Of a stretch of DNA of 64,000 bases, positions 55,899 through 64,000 are shown in pieces. This stretch comes from Lachnospiraceae bacterium. GTDB lineage: Bacteria > Bacillota > Clostridia > Lachnospirales > Lachnospiraceae. The position numbers and the translations under genes are program-made. The stretch lies in the NCBI GenBank assembly GCA_045617345.1, contig JAZLIK010000111.1, positions 8,044 to 72,043 on the forward strand, read 5' to 3'. The notes below the pieces were generated by a model. It had not been told where the DNA came from and searched no databases. It saw nothing but the letters and a program-made list of their open reading frames with translations. How positions within the stretch are numbered: the first letter of the stretch is position 1; each line of letters begins with the position of its first letter.

Positions 55899-57497
55899 AT
55901 GCAGTCATTTATTATTATTAACAAAAAAGATAATGTTGCGGTAGCTCTGAGGGATTTGGAAAAGGGCGAAACAATTGAAATACCGGACGGTGAAGGCGGT
56001 ATCTGTACACTGTGTCCGGCAGGAGATATCCCACGTGGGCATAAATTTGCCTGCAGAGATATTGCTGAGGCTGAAAATGTCATAAAATACGGTTACCCGA
56101 TTGGTCATGCCAGGGCGAACATTAAGGCCGGAGAGCATGTACATATCCATAATCTGGTCACGAATCTCGGTGACGATGTCGAGTACAGTTATTGCCCGGT
56201 TTTTGAAAAAAACGGGCAACGGGAGAGTATGGTGACGGATGTGGGCTGTGGTGCTGAAAATCCGAAGTCTGTTGCCGGAAGAAACATTGCGGAAAGCGGC
56301 TGCAATGCTGCCGTTAATGGAGAGGCCCCTCTTTTTTGGGGGTATGAGCGTGCCGACGATCGTGTGGGTATCAGAAATGAGCTTTGGATTATTCCGACGG
56401 TGGGATGCGTTAATTCTGTGGCAAAAGCGGTAGAGGCGCGTTGTCGGGGACTTGCGGGTAACGGAATCGATGCTGTTGTCGCATTTAATCATCCTTATGG
56501 CTGTTCACAGATGGGGGACGATCAGGAAAACACAAGGGAAGCGCTGGCTGCACTGATAAAGCATCCGAATGCAGGGGGCGTGCTGGTTCTCGGTCTGGGC
56601 TGTGAGAATTCCAATATCGGAGTGTTGAAGGACTATCTTGGCGACTATGACAGAGAACATATATATTTCCTGAATTGTCAGGACGAGGAGGATGAGGTTT
56701 CGCGTGCGGTTGAACTGATGGAAAAGCTGGCGGCGAAGGCTTCTGCAATGAAGCGTACCGAAATCTCCGCTGACAGACTTATTATCGGAATGAAATGCGG
56801 CGGTTCGGATGGGCTGTCCGGAATCACGGCAAATCCTACGGTCGGACGTCTTTCGGATATAGTAACGGGGTTTGGAGGCAGTACAATTCTTACCGAGGTT
56901 CCGGAGATGTTCGGCGCCGAAACGATTCTGATGAACAGAGCTGAAAATAAGGCTGTGTTTGACAAGACGGTAAATCTGATTCAGGATTTTAAGGAGTATT
57001 ACAGGAAAAACGGACAGACTATTTACGAAAATCCTTCGCCGGGAAATAAAGCGGGCGGGATTTCAACGCTGGAGGATAAAGCTCTGGGCTGTACACAGAA
57101 GTCGGGCTCGGCTGTTGTGAAGGATGTATTGAAATATGCTGAGAGACTGAGTGTGAACGGACTGAACCTGCTGTCCGCACCGGGTAACGATCTGGTGGCG
57201 GCAACGGCTCTTGCTCTTTCGGGGGCACAGATGATTCTGTTCACGACGGGAAGAGGGACACCCTTTGCTGCGGCAGTACCCACTATAAAGATTTCATCAA
57301 ATTCTCCTCTTGCGGAGAAAAAGTGCGGCTGGATTGATTTTGACTGCGGAGTTCTTCTGAACGACGGGCAGGATATTGACGAACTCGGTAAAAAACTGTT
57401 TGAATACTGTCTGCGTGTGGCATCGGGAGAAAAGGTTAAATCAGAACTGGAAGGGTTCAGAGATCTTGCTGTGTTTAAAACCGGTGTTACGTTATAA
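55899..57497 (+). CDS. uxaA: altronate dehydratase
   Basis: SAF-type N-terminus KKDNVAVAL, GHKFA, HVHIHN, and a GiRNELWIIPTVGCVN-like core. Confidence 0.85.
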   Translation: MQSFIIINKKDNVAVALRDLEKGETIEIPDGEGGICTLCPAGDIPRGHKFACRDIAEAENVIKYGYPIGHARANIKAGEHVHIHNLVTNLGDDVEYSYCPVFEKNGQRESMVTDVGCGAENPKSVAGRNIAESGCNAAVNGEAPLFWGYERADDRVGIRNELWIIPTVGCVNSVAKAVEARCRGLAGNGIDAVVAFNHPYGCSQMGDDQENTREALAALIKHPNAGGVLVLGLGCENSNIGVLKDYLGDYDREHIYFLNCQDEEDEVSRAVELMEKLAAKASAMKRTEISADRLIIGMKCGGSDGLSGITANPTVGRLSDIVTGFGGSTILTEVPEMFGAETILMNRAENKAVFDKTVNLIQDFKEYYRKNGQTIYENPSPGNKAGGISTLEDKALGCTQKSGSAVVKDVLKYAERLSVNGLNLLSAPGNDLVAATALALSGAQMILFTTGRGTPFAAAVPTIKISSNSPLAEKKCGWIDFDCGVLLNDGQDIDELGKKLFEYCLRVASGEKVKSELEGFRDLAVFKTGVTL

Positions 57498-57636
57498 ATA
57501 AATGATTAATGGATTTGAGACAGTAATGATTAATGCGTTATTTCCATTCTGTGAACAGTAACTGCGGCACCATGAGACTGTTTATTGTGCGAGTGAATGG
57601 GTTATGACGCATGTATCATGTTTTACGGAGTATACT

Positions 57637-58140
57637 ATGGAAGAATTAAGCAGAAAACAGGCAGCCATGAGGTATTTCCTTGAAGGGTACAACTGTGCTC
57701 AGTCGGTTGTGCTGGCATTTAAGGACCTGGTTGATATGGATGAAGATACATTATTGAAAGTTGCATGTTCCTTCGGAGGCGGAATGGGACGCTTGAGAGA
57801 GGTATGCGGTTCTGTCAGCGGGATGTTTATTATAGCCGGACTTTTATACGGATACAGCGGTCCGGAAACCGGCGACGTAAAGAAGGAGCATTATGCGAGA
57901 ATTCAGCAGCTGGCTCACAGTTTTGAAGAGAAGCACGGTTCTATTGTGTGCAGAGAGCTTCTGGGGCTGAACGTGAAGCATGATGTACCCGAACCGGAGG
58001 CGCGGACGAAGGAGTACTATGTGAAGCGACCATGCAGGACGATTATCGGGGATGCGGTCGAAATACTGGAGGATTTTTTAAAGGAAGAGGCGGGAAGGAC
58101 GAAGGCAGAAGCAACGAACGGTGATGAAGCCGGATGCTGA
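57637..58140 (+). CDS. C_GCAxxG_C_C family protein
   Basis: GYNCAQSV motif plus downstream conserved Cys residues. Start at MEELSRKQ. Confidence 0.7.
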   Translation: MEELSRKQAAMRYFLEGYNCAQSVVLAFKDLVDMDEDTLLKVACSFGGGMGRLREVCGSVSGMFIIAGLLYGYSGPETGDVKKEHYARIQQLAHSFEEKHGSIVCRELLGLNVKHDVPEPEARTKEYYVKRPCRTIIGDAVEILEDFLKEEAGRTKAEATNGDEAGC

Positions 58141-58268
58141 TGTTCACAAGATCGGAAGTGACCTTTTGGTTAGCACCTGTCATTATTCGCTTATGAATTG
58201 AACAATACAGCTTTATTGCGTTTTTGTCGCGGCTTATGAATGTTTTTGACCGGACGGTGAATGGAACT
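58141..58268. repeat. degenerate MITE-family copy
   Basis: TGTTCACAAG ... GCGGCTTATGAATGTTTTTGACCGGACGGTGAATGGAAC. Confidence 0.5.
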
Positions 58269-58298
58269 GATAATGAATTGAAGCTTACGGAGGTTTAT

Positions 58299-58910
58299 GT
58301 GATAAAGAATATTATACTTGATGTCGGGCGGGTTCTGGTTCAGTGGGACCCCGTTCATGCGATGAGGGAGCTTGGCTTTTCAACAGAGGCGACAGATGCT
58401 ATTAACACGAAGGTGGTAGAATCGGGGCTCTGGGATCTGGAGGATGAAGGAAAGCTGTCGGATACGGAGATTATTGCAAGGTTTGTGGATGCGGTTCCGG
58501 GATATGAGAAGGAGATTCATACTCTTTGGGATAACATAGAGAAGGCAATCTGGCAGTTTGACGATTCATGTGACTGGATACGCAGGCTGAAGCAGGACGG
58601 ATACCGTGTATATATCCTGTCAAATTACGGTGCGCATACCTATGAAAAGACGAAGGATGATGCTCTCAGTTTTTTGGAACTTGTTGACGGAATCACTTTT
58701 TCTTACAGAGTGAAGCTTGTAAAACCGAATAAAGAGATTTATCTGAAGCTTCTTCAGATGCACGGACTGAAGAGTGAGGAATGTGTGTTTATTGATGACA
58801 GGACCGAAAATATTGCAGCTGCCGAAAGCTGCGGAATACGTGGAATAGTGTACCGGAACCGTGCGCAGGCTGATTCGGAGCTTGAGAGAATCTGCACAGA
58901 GAAAAACTGA
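58299..58910 (+). CDS. HAD-IA family hydrolase (YihX-like)
   Basis: ILDVGRVLV motif I and FIDDRTEN motif IV. GTG 58299 lies 5 nt after GGAGG. The upstream part of the listed ORF is repeat DNA. Confidence 0.7.
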   Translation: MIKNIILDVGRVLVQWDPVHAMRELGFSTEATDAINTKVVESGLWDLEDEGKLSDTEIIARFVDAVPGYEKEIHTLWDNIEKAIWQFDDSCDWIRRLKQDGYRVYILSNYGAHTYEKTKDDALSFLELVDGITFSYRVKLVKPNKEIYLKLLQMHGLKSEECVFIDDRTENIAAAESCGIRGIVYRNRAQADSELERICTEKN

Positions 58911-59000
58911 ACAGAGGAAAAACTGAACAGTGAAAACCTGAACAGAGGAAACACCGAACAGAGGAAAACAGAACAGTGAAAACCTGAACAGTGAAAAACG
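58900..59000. repeat. tandem array of 13-14-bp units (AAAACYTGAACAGWG), spanning the HAD gene stop codon
   Basis: Read directly: about 7 units, four of which carry CTGAACAG. Confidence 0.75.
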
Positions 59001-59033
59001 AATAAAGGGAAAATAGGAAGGGAAGGATGTTTG

Positions 59034-60062
59034 ATGGCAAAATTTGGTAAAACGGCTACAGTACTGTTAATACTGTGTCTGATTGTGTCAGCGTTGACAG
59101 GCTGCGGAGGGAAAAGCGTAGAATACAGTGAATACAAATACGGAGATGCATCGGAGTATCTGACAGGAGATGTCAGCGGGCTTGCAGAGGAATTTGATTC
59201 TGTTGATATTGACTGGCTGAGCGGAGAGGTCATGCTGGTTTATTCTGCCGATGACAGTGCTTCCCTGACCGAAAGTGCAAATATGGATCTGACGGACGGT
59301 ATCAGGCTTCGTTACCGGGTATCGGGGAAGACACTGATGATTAAGTACTGTGCCGACGGTGCGGGAGAGGAACTGATCAATCTGACAAAGAAGCTGACGT
59401 TAACTCTGCCTGCGGGCAAAAAGCTTTCAAGACTTAATGTTTCCACAACCACTGCCGATGTGCTGAGTGATGGTGTGAATGTCGGTCAGGTGACGTTGAC
59501 CACATCAAGCGGCTGCATAGCCACAAAATTTACCGATTCTGACAGTGCAGCATTTAACACAACAGAGGGAAGTATTGATACCGAACTTGATTCTGTTCGT
59601 GACGTGAAGCTGGAAACAGGCGCCGGAAGTATTGATGCTATTGTAAAGGATGCGGTAAATGCCGAATTTACATCTACCACGGGTTCTGTTACGGTGAAGC
59701 AGAAGGGAGATACCGACAAACTGAGAATTGAGTCCGCTGCGGGCAAGATTGAGCTTAAGGCCAACAATATTAAGAATCCTGAGATTAATTCAACCAGCGG
59801 CAACATTAAAATGAAATTTAAGACGGTACCGCCCGTGATTAATGCCAGAACGACCTCGGGAAAAATGACAATACAGCTGCCTCCCGATGCGGGCTTTACG
59901 GCAACCATTAAGTCGGCAAACGGCGATTTTGACTGTGACTTCAAGGATGCTGTCAGAAACGGTAAAACATACACACGCGGTGACGGATACTCCGATATGA
60001 ATTTGTCAAGTACATCGGGAAATATTAATATTAAGCCTATAGAAGAAAAAGAAGACAAGTAG
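59034..60062 (+). CDS. lipoprotein with DUF4097-like beta-strand repeats
   Basis: Lipobox LTGCGG and repeated T(S/T)(S/T)G.I motifs. Confidence 0.6.
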   Translation: MAKFGKTATVLLILCLIVSALTGCGGKSVEYSEYKYGDASEYLTGDVSGLAEEFDSVDIDWLSGEVMLVYSADDSASLTESANMDLTDGIRLRYRVSGKTLMIKYCADGAGEELINLTKKLTLTLPAGKKLSRLNVSTTTADVLSDGVNVGQVTLTTSSGCIATKFTDSDSAAFNTTEGSIDTELDSVRDVKLETGAGSIDAIVKDAVNAEFTSTTGSVTVKQKGDTDKLRIESAAGKIELKANNIKNPEINSTSGNIKMKFKTVPPVINARTTSGKMTIQLPPDAGFTATIKSANGDFDCDFKDAVRNGKTYTRGDGYSDMNLSSTSGNINIKPIEEKEDK

Positions 60063-60081
60063 GAACGGAGGGTTGAGAGTT

Positions 60082-61209
60082 ATGGATTTTGACAAAATAA
60101 CAGAATATATTGATTCACTTAAAAACGAACAGATTCCCGGTGCAGACTGCATTATTTACCGGAATCATGAACCTGTTTACAGACATATGATGGGAACGGG
60201 TGATGCAGCCGGCACGAAACCTCTGACCGGTAATGAGAAGTACCTGATGTTTTCAATGACAAAGGTTCAGACTATGACTGCTTTTATGCAGCTCGTCGAA
60301 CAGGGAAAGGTATCACTTGAGGATGAAGTGTCAAAATATCTTCCGGCATACGGGAAGCTTTCGGTGAAGAAGAACGGAGAAATCGTTCCTGCATCAACGC
60401 CGTTAAGAATTAAGCATCTTTTATCAATGCAGTCAGGTCTTGATTACAACCTCGAGCGTCCGGGCATTGTCAGAGTGCTTAAGGAAAAGGGAATGAAGGC
60501 TACAACAAGGGAAATTGTGAATGCGTTTACCGAGTCGCCTCTTGATTTTGAACCGGGCGAGCATTTTCAGTACAGTCTGAGCCATGACGTTGCAGCGGCA
60601 GTAATCGAAGTGATTTCGGGAATGAGCTTTGGCGAGTATCTGAAGAAGCATATATGGGAACCTCTTGAAATGAAGAATACTTCTTTTGCGAAATCCATGA
60701 ATGACGGTGTGCGTGATCTGACACAGCAGTACATTCTGAATGACAAAGGAAAAATTGTTCCGATGGAGCAGTCCTGCTGCTACCAGTTCAGCGATGCTTA
60801 CGAGAGCGGCGGTGCAGGGCTGATGAGCTGTACCGCAGATTATGGAATTTTGGCGGATATGCTGGCATGCGGCGGAGAAGGCTTTAACGGCTCCCGGATA
60901 TTGAAAGCGGAGACTGTGGAACTGATAAAGAAGAATCTGCTGAGTGATGCGGGGCGTGAAGATATAGCCCGTTTAATGGGGCGTATCGGATACGGTTACG
61001 GCTGTGGCATGCAGGTGTTGCTTGAACCGGAGAAGATTAATTCATCATCACCGGCAGGTGTTTTCGGATGGGATGGCGCGGCCGGAAGCTGTATAACGAT
61101 GGATACTGCATCAAAGACGTCGATAGTATATGTTATGCACGTAAGAAACTGCGGTTTTGCATATGGTGTGATTCATCCGACACTTAGGGATATGGTGTTT
61201 GGAAAGTAA
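60082..61209 (+). CDS. serine hydrolase (beta-lactamase/PBP4* family)
   Basis: SxxK motif (FSMTKV), 375 aa. Confidence 0.75.
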   Translation: MDFDKITEYIDSLKNEQIPGADCIIYRNHEPVYRHMMGTGDAAGTKPLTGNEKYLMFSMTKVQTMTAFMQLVEQGKVSLEDEVSKYLPAYGKLSVKKNGEIVPASTPLRIKHLLSMQSGLDYNLERPGIVRVLKEKGMKATTREIVNAFTESPLDFEPGEHFQYSLSHDVAAAVIEVISGMSFGEYLKKHIWEPLEMKNTSFAKSMNDGVRDLTQQYILNDKGKIVPMEQSCCYQFSDAYESGGAGLMSCTADYGILADMLACGGEGFNGSRILKAETVELIKKNLLSDAGREDIARLMGRIGYGYGCGMQVLLEPEKINSSSPAGVFGWDGAAGSCITMDTASKTSIVYVMHVRNCGFAYGVIHPTLRDMVFGK

Positions 61210-61242
61210 TCTTTATCAGTGAAATTATATAAAAGCAGAAAG

Positions 61243-61278
61243 ATAACCCACTGCCTTTAGGCGGTGGGTTATTCATTT
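61243..61278. terminator. bidirectional terminator between convergent genes
   Basis: ATAACCCACTGCC TTTAG GCGGTGGGTTAT, with A/T-rich flanks. Confidence 0.75.
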
Positions 61279-61289
61279 GCCGGTTCAGT

Positions 61290-62453
61290 TCACGTTGACT
61301 GTTCGGTGTTCTCGGGTTTTGTGAGCTTTATCTCGCCTTCACCGAGAGCAACCTTTATTTTGTTGTCATTCAGTTCAAGACTGTCGAGCATGTGACGGGG
61401 TATCTGCATACGTCCTGCGCGGTCGAGTATTACGAACTCTTCCTGGGTATCCTCTTCCATCCAGTTAACCTCACCGGACTGGAAGTTGCCCTGATACTGG
61501 GTACGAAGAATTCGCTCACTGCTGATTTTACCGTCTCTGATGGCAACTACGCGGTTTACCTTCTTTGAGAGTTCCACATCATGTGTAACAATGATAATGG
61601 TCTGATTGTATTCGCGATTCAGACGTTTGAAAACATCGAAGATATAGTCGGCTGTCTTTCTGTCGACGGAGCCGGTCGGTTCGTCGGCGAGAAGGAGCTT
61701 CGGTGAATTTGCGAGCGCAATCGCAATGGCAATTCGCTGCTGTTCACCACCTGACATTTGCGACAGACGACTGTCCTTTCTGTGCATCATTCCGACCAGA
61801 TCGAGAAGCTCGAGTGCTTTTTCTTTTGGATTTGCGGTTTTTGTCAGATGCATGGGAGTCATAATGTTTTCAAAGGAAGTCAGGTATGGCAGAAGATTTC
61901 TTCCGTTGTTCTGCCATACGAAGCCGACGGTGTTTCTCTTGTATAAATCTTTTTCTTTTCGATTCATCTTGAACAGGTCACGTCCATCCACAAAAAGCTT
62001 ACCGGCAGACGGCTCATCAAGACCGCCGAGCATGTTCAGAAAGGTTGATTTACCCGATCCGCTGTTTCCGATAATGGCTGTCAGTTCGCCGCGTTCAACC
62101 CGAAGGTCGAGTCCCTGCAGCGCAAGCACCTCAAGGTCGGAGGTTTTATAGATTTTGACAAGATTCTCTGCCAGAACCATCGGAGTGGAGTCATCTGATT
62201 TGTCATCGTGGGCGTCGTTGCCCTGCCTGTCGTTTTGACTGTTCTGAGAGGCTGCCTTATTGGTATTTTTTACCGATTCCTCAGATGATGCTGTTTCATT
62301 CGGCTGTTTACCGTTAGGCTGAGAAGCATCGGAAACGGAAGCTTCTTCTGCCTGCGCAACGGCATTTTCAACTATTTCGGCTGCTGTAGGTACTTTAGTC
62401 TTTTTATCTGTATCTGATTTAACGGCAAATGTATTTTTCTTTGTTTTGCTCAT
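61290..62453 (-). CDS. ABC transporter ATP-binding protein with a roughly 95-aa low-complexity N-terminal extension
   Basis: GNSGSGKST, MSGGEQQRIAIAIAL, LLLADEPTGSVD. The N-terminus is rich in Ser, Asn, Asp and Lys. Confidence 0.85.
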   Translation of the reverse strand: MSKTKKNTFAVKSDTDKKTKVPTAAEIVENAVAQAEEASVSDASQPNGKQPNETASSEESVKNTNKAASQNSQNDRQGNDAHDDKSDDSTPMVLAENLVKIYKTSDLEVLALQGLDLRVERGELTAIIGNSGSGKSTFLNMLGGLDEPSAGKLFVDGRDLFKMNRKEKDLYKRNTVGFVWQNNGRNLLPYLTSFENIMTPMHLTKTANPKEKALELLDLVGMMHRKDSRLSQMSGGEQQRIAIAIALANSPKLLLADEPTGSVDRKTADYIFDVFKRLNREYNQTIIIVTHDVELSKKVNRVVAIRDGKISSERILRTQYQGNFQSGEVNWMEEDTQEEFVILDRAGRMQIPRHMLDSLELNDNKIKVALGEGEIKLTKPENTEQST

Positions 62454-62498
62454 TGTATTTCCTTTCGTGCGGTGCGTCCGGCAACGCGAGAAGTATAA

Positions 62499-63167
62499 TT
62501 AAACAATTGTACCCTGATCGATGGTATATGCAACGTCTCCGGCAGACATCAGGCTTGTATCGTGCGTGGTCATAACGATAGTGATGCCTTCCTCTCGGAT
62601 AAGTCCCTTGAAGATGTTGACAACATTTATTGCAGTCTGGCTGTCCAGCTCGGCAGTAGGTTCGTCCGCAAAAACAAGTGCGGGCTTATGAGCTATGGCG
62701 CGCGCTATCGCAACTCGCTGCTGCTCACCACCGGAAAGCTCCTGCGGCATGTGTCTGTATCTGGCACCGAGTCCAACCATCTTCAGACATTTCATAACTC
62801 TTTCCTCACGATTACCTTTATATCCTGAGAGTCTGAGGGCAAATTCAACATTTTCGTATACCGTCATCATTGGGATGAGCGATACTGACTGGAATACAAA
62901 TCCAAATTTCTCACGACGGATTTTTTCACGGGTTTTCTCAACGGCATCGCCTATTTCCTGACCGTTGAACAGGACAGAACCCGAGGTTGGAGCATCAAGT
63001 GCTCCGAGAATATTCATGAGTGTGGTTTTTCCTGAACCGGAAGGACCTTTGAGCAGAGTGAGAGCACCCTGCTGGATTGTCACACTGATATCCTTCAGAA
63101 CGTGTATTTTGCCGCCGCCCGACAGGTCGAATATTCTGTTTACGTTTTTTGTTTCGATAATATTCAT
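62499..63167 (-). CDS. ABC transporter ATP-binding protein
   Basis: [35 protein letters not shown]. Confidence 0.85.
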   Translation of the reverse strand: MNIIETKNVNRIFDLSGGGKIHVLKDISVTIQQGALTLLKGPSGSGKTTLMNILGALDAPTSGSVLFNGQEIGDAVEKTREKIRREKFGFVFQSVSLIPMMTVYENVEFALRLSGYKGNREERVMKCLKMVGLGARYRHMPQELSGGEQQRVAIARAIAHKPALVFADEPTAELDSQTAINVVNIFKGLIREEGITIVMTTHDTSLMSAGDVAYTIDQGTIV

Positions 63168-63179
63168 ATTGTCCACCTA

Positions 63180-64000
63180 TTAATCCTCACCAAGCTTCAG
63201 TGCCTGTGATATCTTCATACGGAATACCTGATTTATGAGGATTCCGAGACAGATGATAAACATTACTGCGATGATGATGACAAGTCTTGCCACATCGCTG
63301 TTCTTTGTGATAAGCTCGAGCGGAAGTACTCTGTCTGCCGCCGAATAAGCAATCTGGATAATCGGAACGAAGAGATATGACGCAAGCCATCCGATTCCAA
63401 GACCGAATATGATACCGAATGCGCCTGTAAATACCTGTTCATTAATAAGCATATGTATGATTTCGTTTCGGGTCATACCCATTGCACGGAAAATACCGAA
63501 CAGAAGCTCACGCGATTTGATGGAAAGCATCCAGTAAATAACATATCCGATGCAGCATATCAGAAGTATTGTGATAAAGCTCATGGTCAGAATACCGTTT
63601 GTTCCCTGGAAAAGCGGATCGGTGGAAATGTCTTCCTTTTTTTCCGTACCATCGACAAGCGAGGTAAGCTGGACGTTGTCATTTTCAAGGAAGGTGTACA
63701 GGCTTGATGTATCACCGTTCATATTGAGCCAAATCTGGTAAGGGAATATTCCAAGTGTCTCCTGAATAGTTGACAGGTGGGATACAATGAGGTACTTGTC
63801 TTCAAGCGTTGAGGTACCGTCGTCACTGACATGGAGCTCAGTGGGACTGTAGGACGGCCAGTAATCAAAGAAACCGTATACGGTAGCCGTGAGTGTTCCG
63901 TTGTAATAAAGATTTGAAATTGTATAGGAAATCTTGTCTCCAACCTTAAGCCCGAGCTTGTCACGGTAATTGGCTGACAGAAGCACCGCATTTGAGTTGG
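63180..64000 (-). CDS. FtsX-family ABC permease, C-terminal part (gene continues beyond the window edge)
   Basis: C-terminal FtsX 3-4 TM block. The reading frame is open to the window end. Confidence 0.7.
   Translation of the reverse strand, partial: NSNAVLLSANYRDKLGLKVGDKISYTISNLYYNGTLTATVYGFFDYWPSYSPTELHVSDDGTSTLEDKYLIVSHLSTIQETLGIFPYQIWLNMNGDTSSLYTFLENDNVQLTSLVDGTEKKEDISTDPLFQGTNGILTMSFITILLICCIGYVIYWMLSIKSRELLFGIFRAMGMTRNEIIHMLINEQVFTGAFGIIFGLGIGWLASYLFVPIIQIAYSAADRVLPLELITKNSDVARLVIIIAVMFIICLGILINQVFRMKISQALKLGED

Overview
This looks like a chromosomal window from a Clostridia-type Firmicute, judged from gene content only. I see about 46 protein genes and no rRNA, tRNA, CRISPR array, transposase or phage genes.

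Housekeeping content:
- NAD salvage (nadE, pncB).
- Aromatic amino-acid genes (tyrA, DAHP synthase, aroB, aroE).
- Hexuronate catabolism (uxaB, uxaA).
- ALDH and SDR enzymes, HAD phosphatases and a serine hydrolase.

Accessory content:
- A radical-SAM/TIGR03915 putative DNA-repair pair behind an SOS-box promoter.
- A secreted S8 protease with Pro/Thr repeats.
- An NHLP-type bacteriocin exporter set (mini HlyD-like protein, C39-peptidase ABC, second ABC) with no visible precursor gene.
- A cassette of a cysteine-free, zinc-finger-less HypA-like protein, a Cys-rich 4Fe-4S protein and HypB, with no hydrogenase nearby.
- MacB/FtsX-type ABC systems.
- A MoxR/DUF58/transglutaminase triad.
- An HD-GYP/GGDEF signalling protein.
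- Two paralogous modules, each a LytTR two-component system plus an ABC ATPase plus a roughly 660-700 aa duplicated ABC-2-like membrane protein. The second module sits in a visibly AT-rich island with agrB and two lipoproteins, but no recognisable agrD.

The most unusual feature is non-coding. Almost every intergenic region holds a mosaic repeat family. It includes 183-185 bp MITE-like elements with 14-bp terminal inverted repeats. It also includes short tandem arrays that start at or next to the upstream stop codon. Related low-complexity or tandem sequence also appears in frame inside genes (radical SAM, uxaB) and supplies the C-terminal codons of two genes. A conserved roughly 50-nt box occurs four times next to the LytTR-linked modules. 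All functional calls rest on motifs I recognised by eye; no database search was possible.
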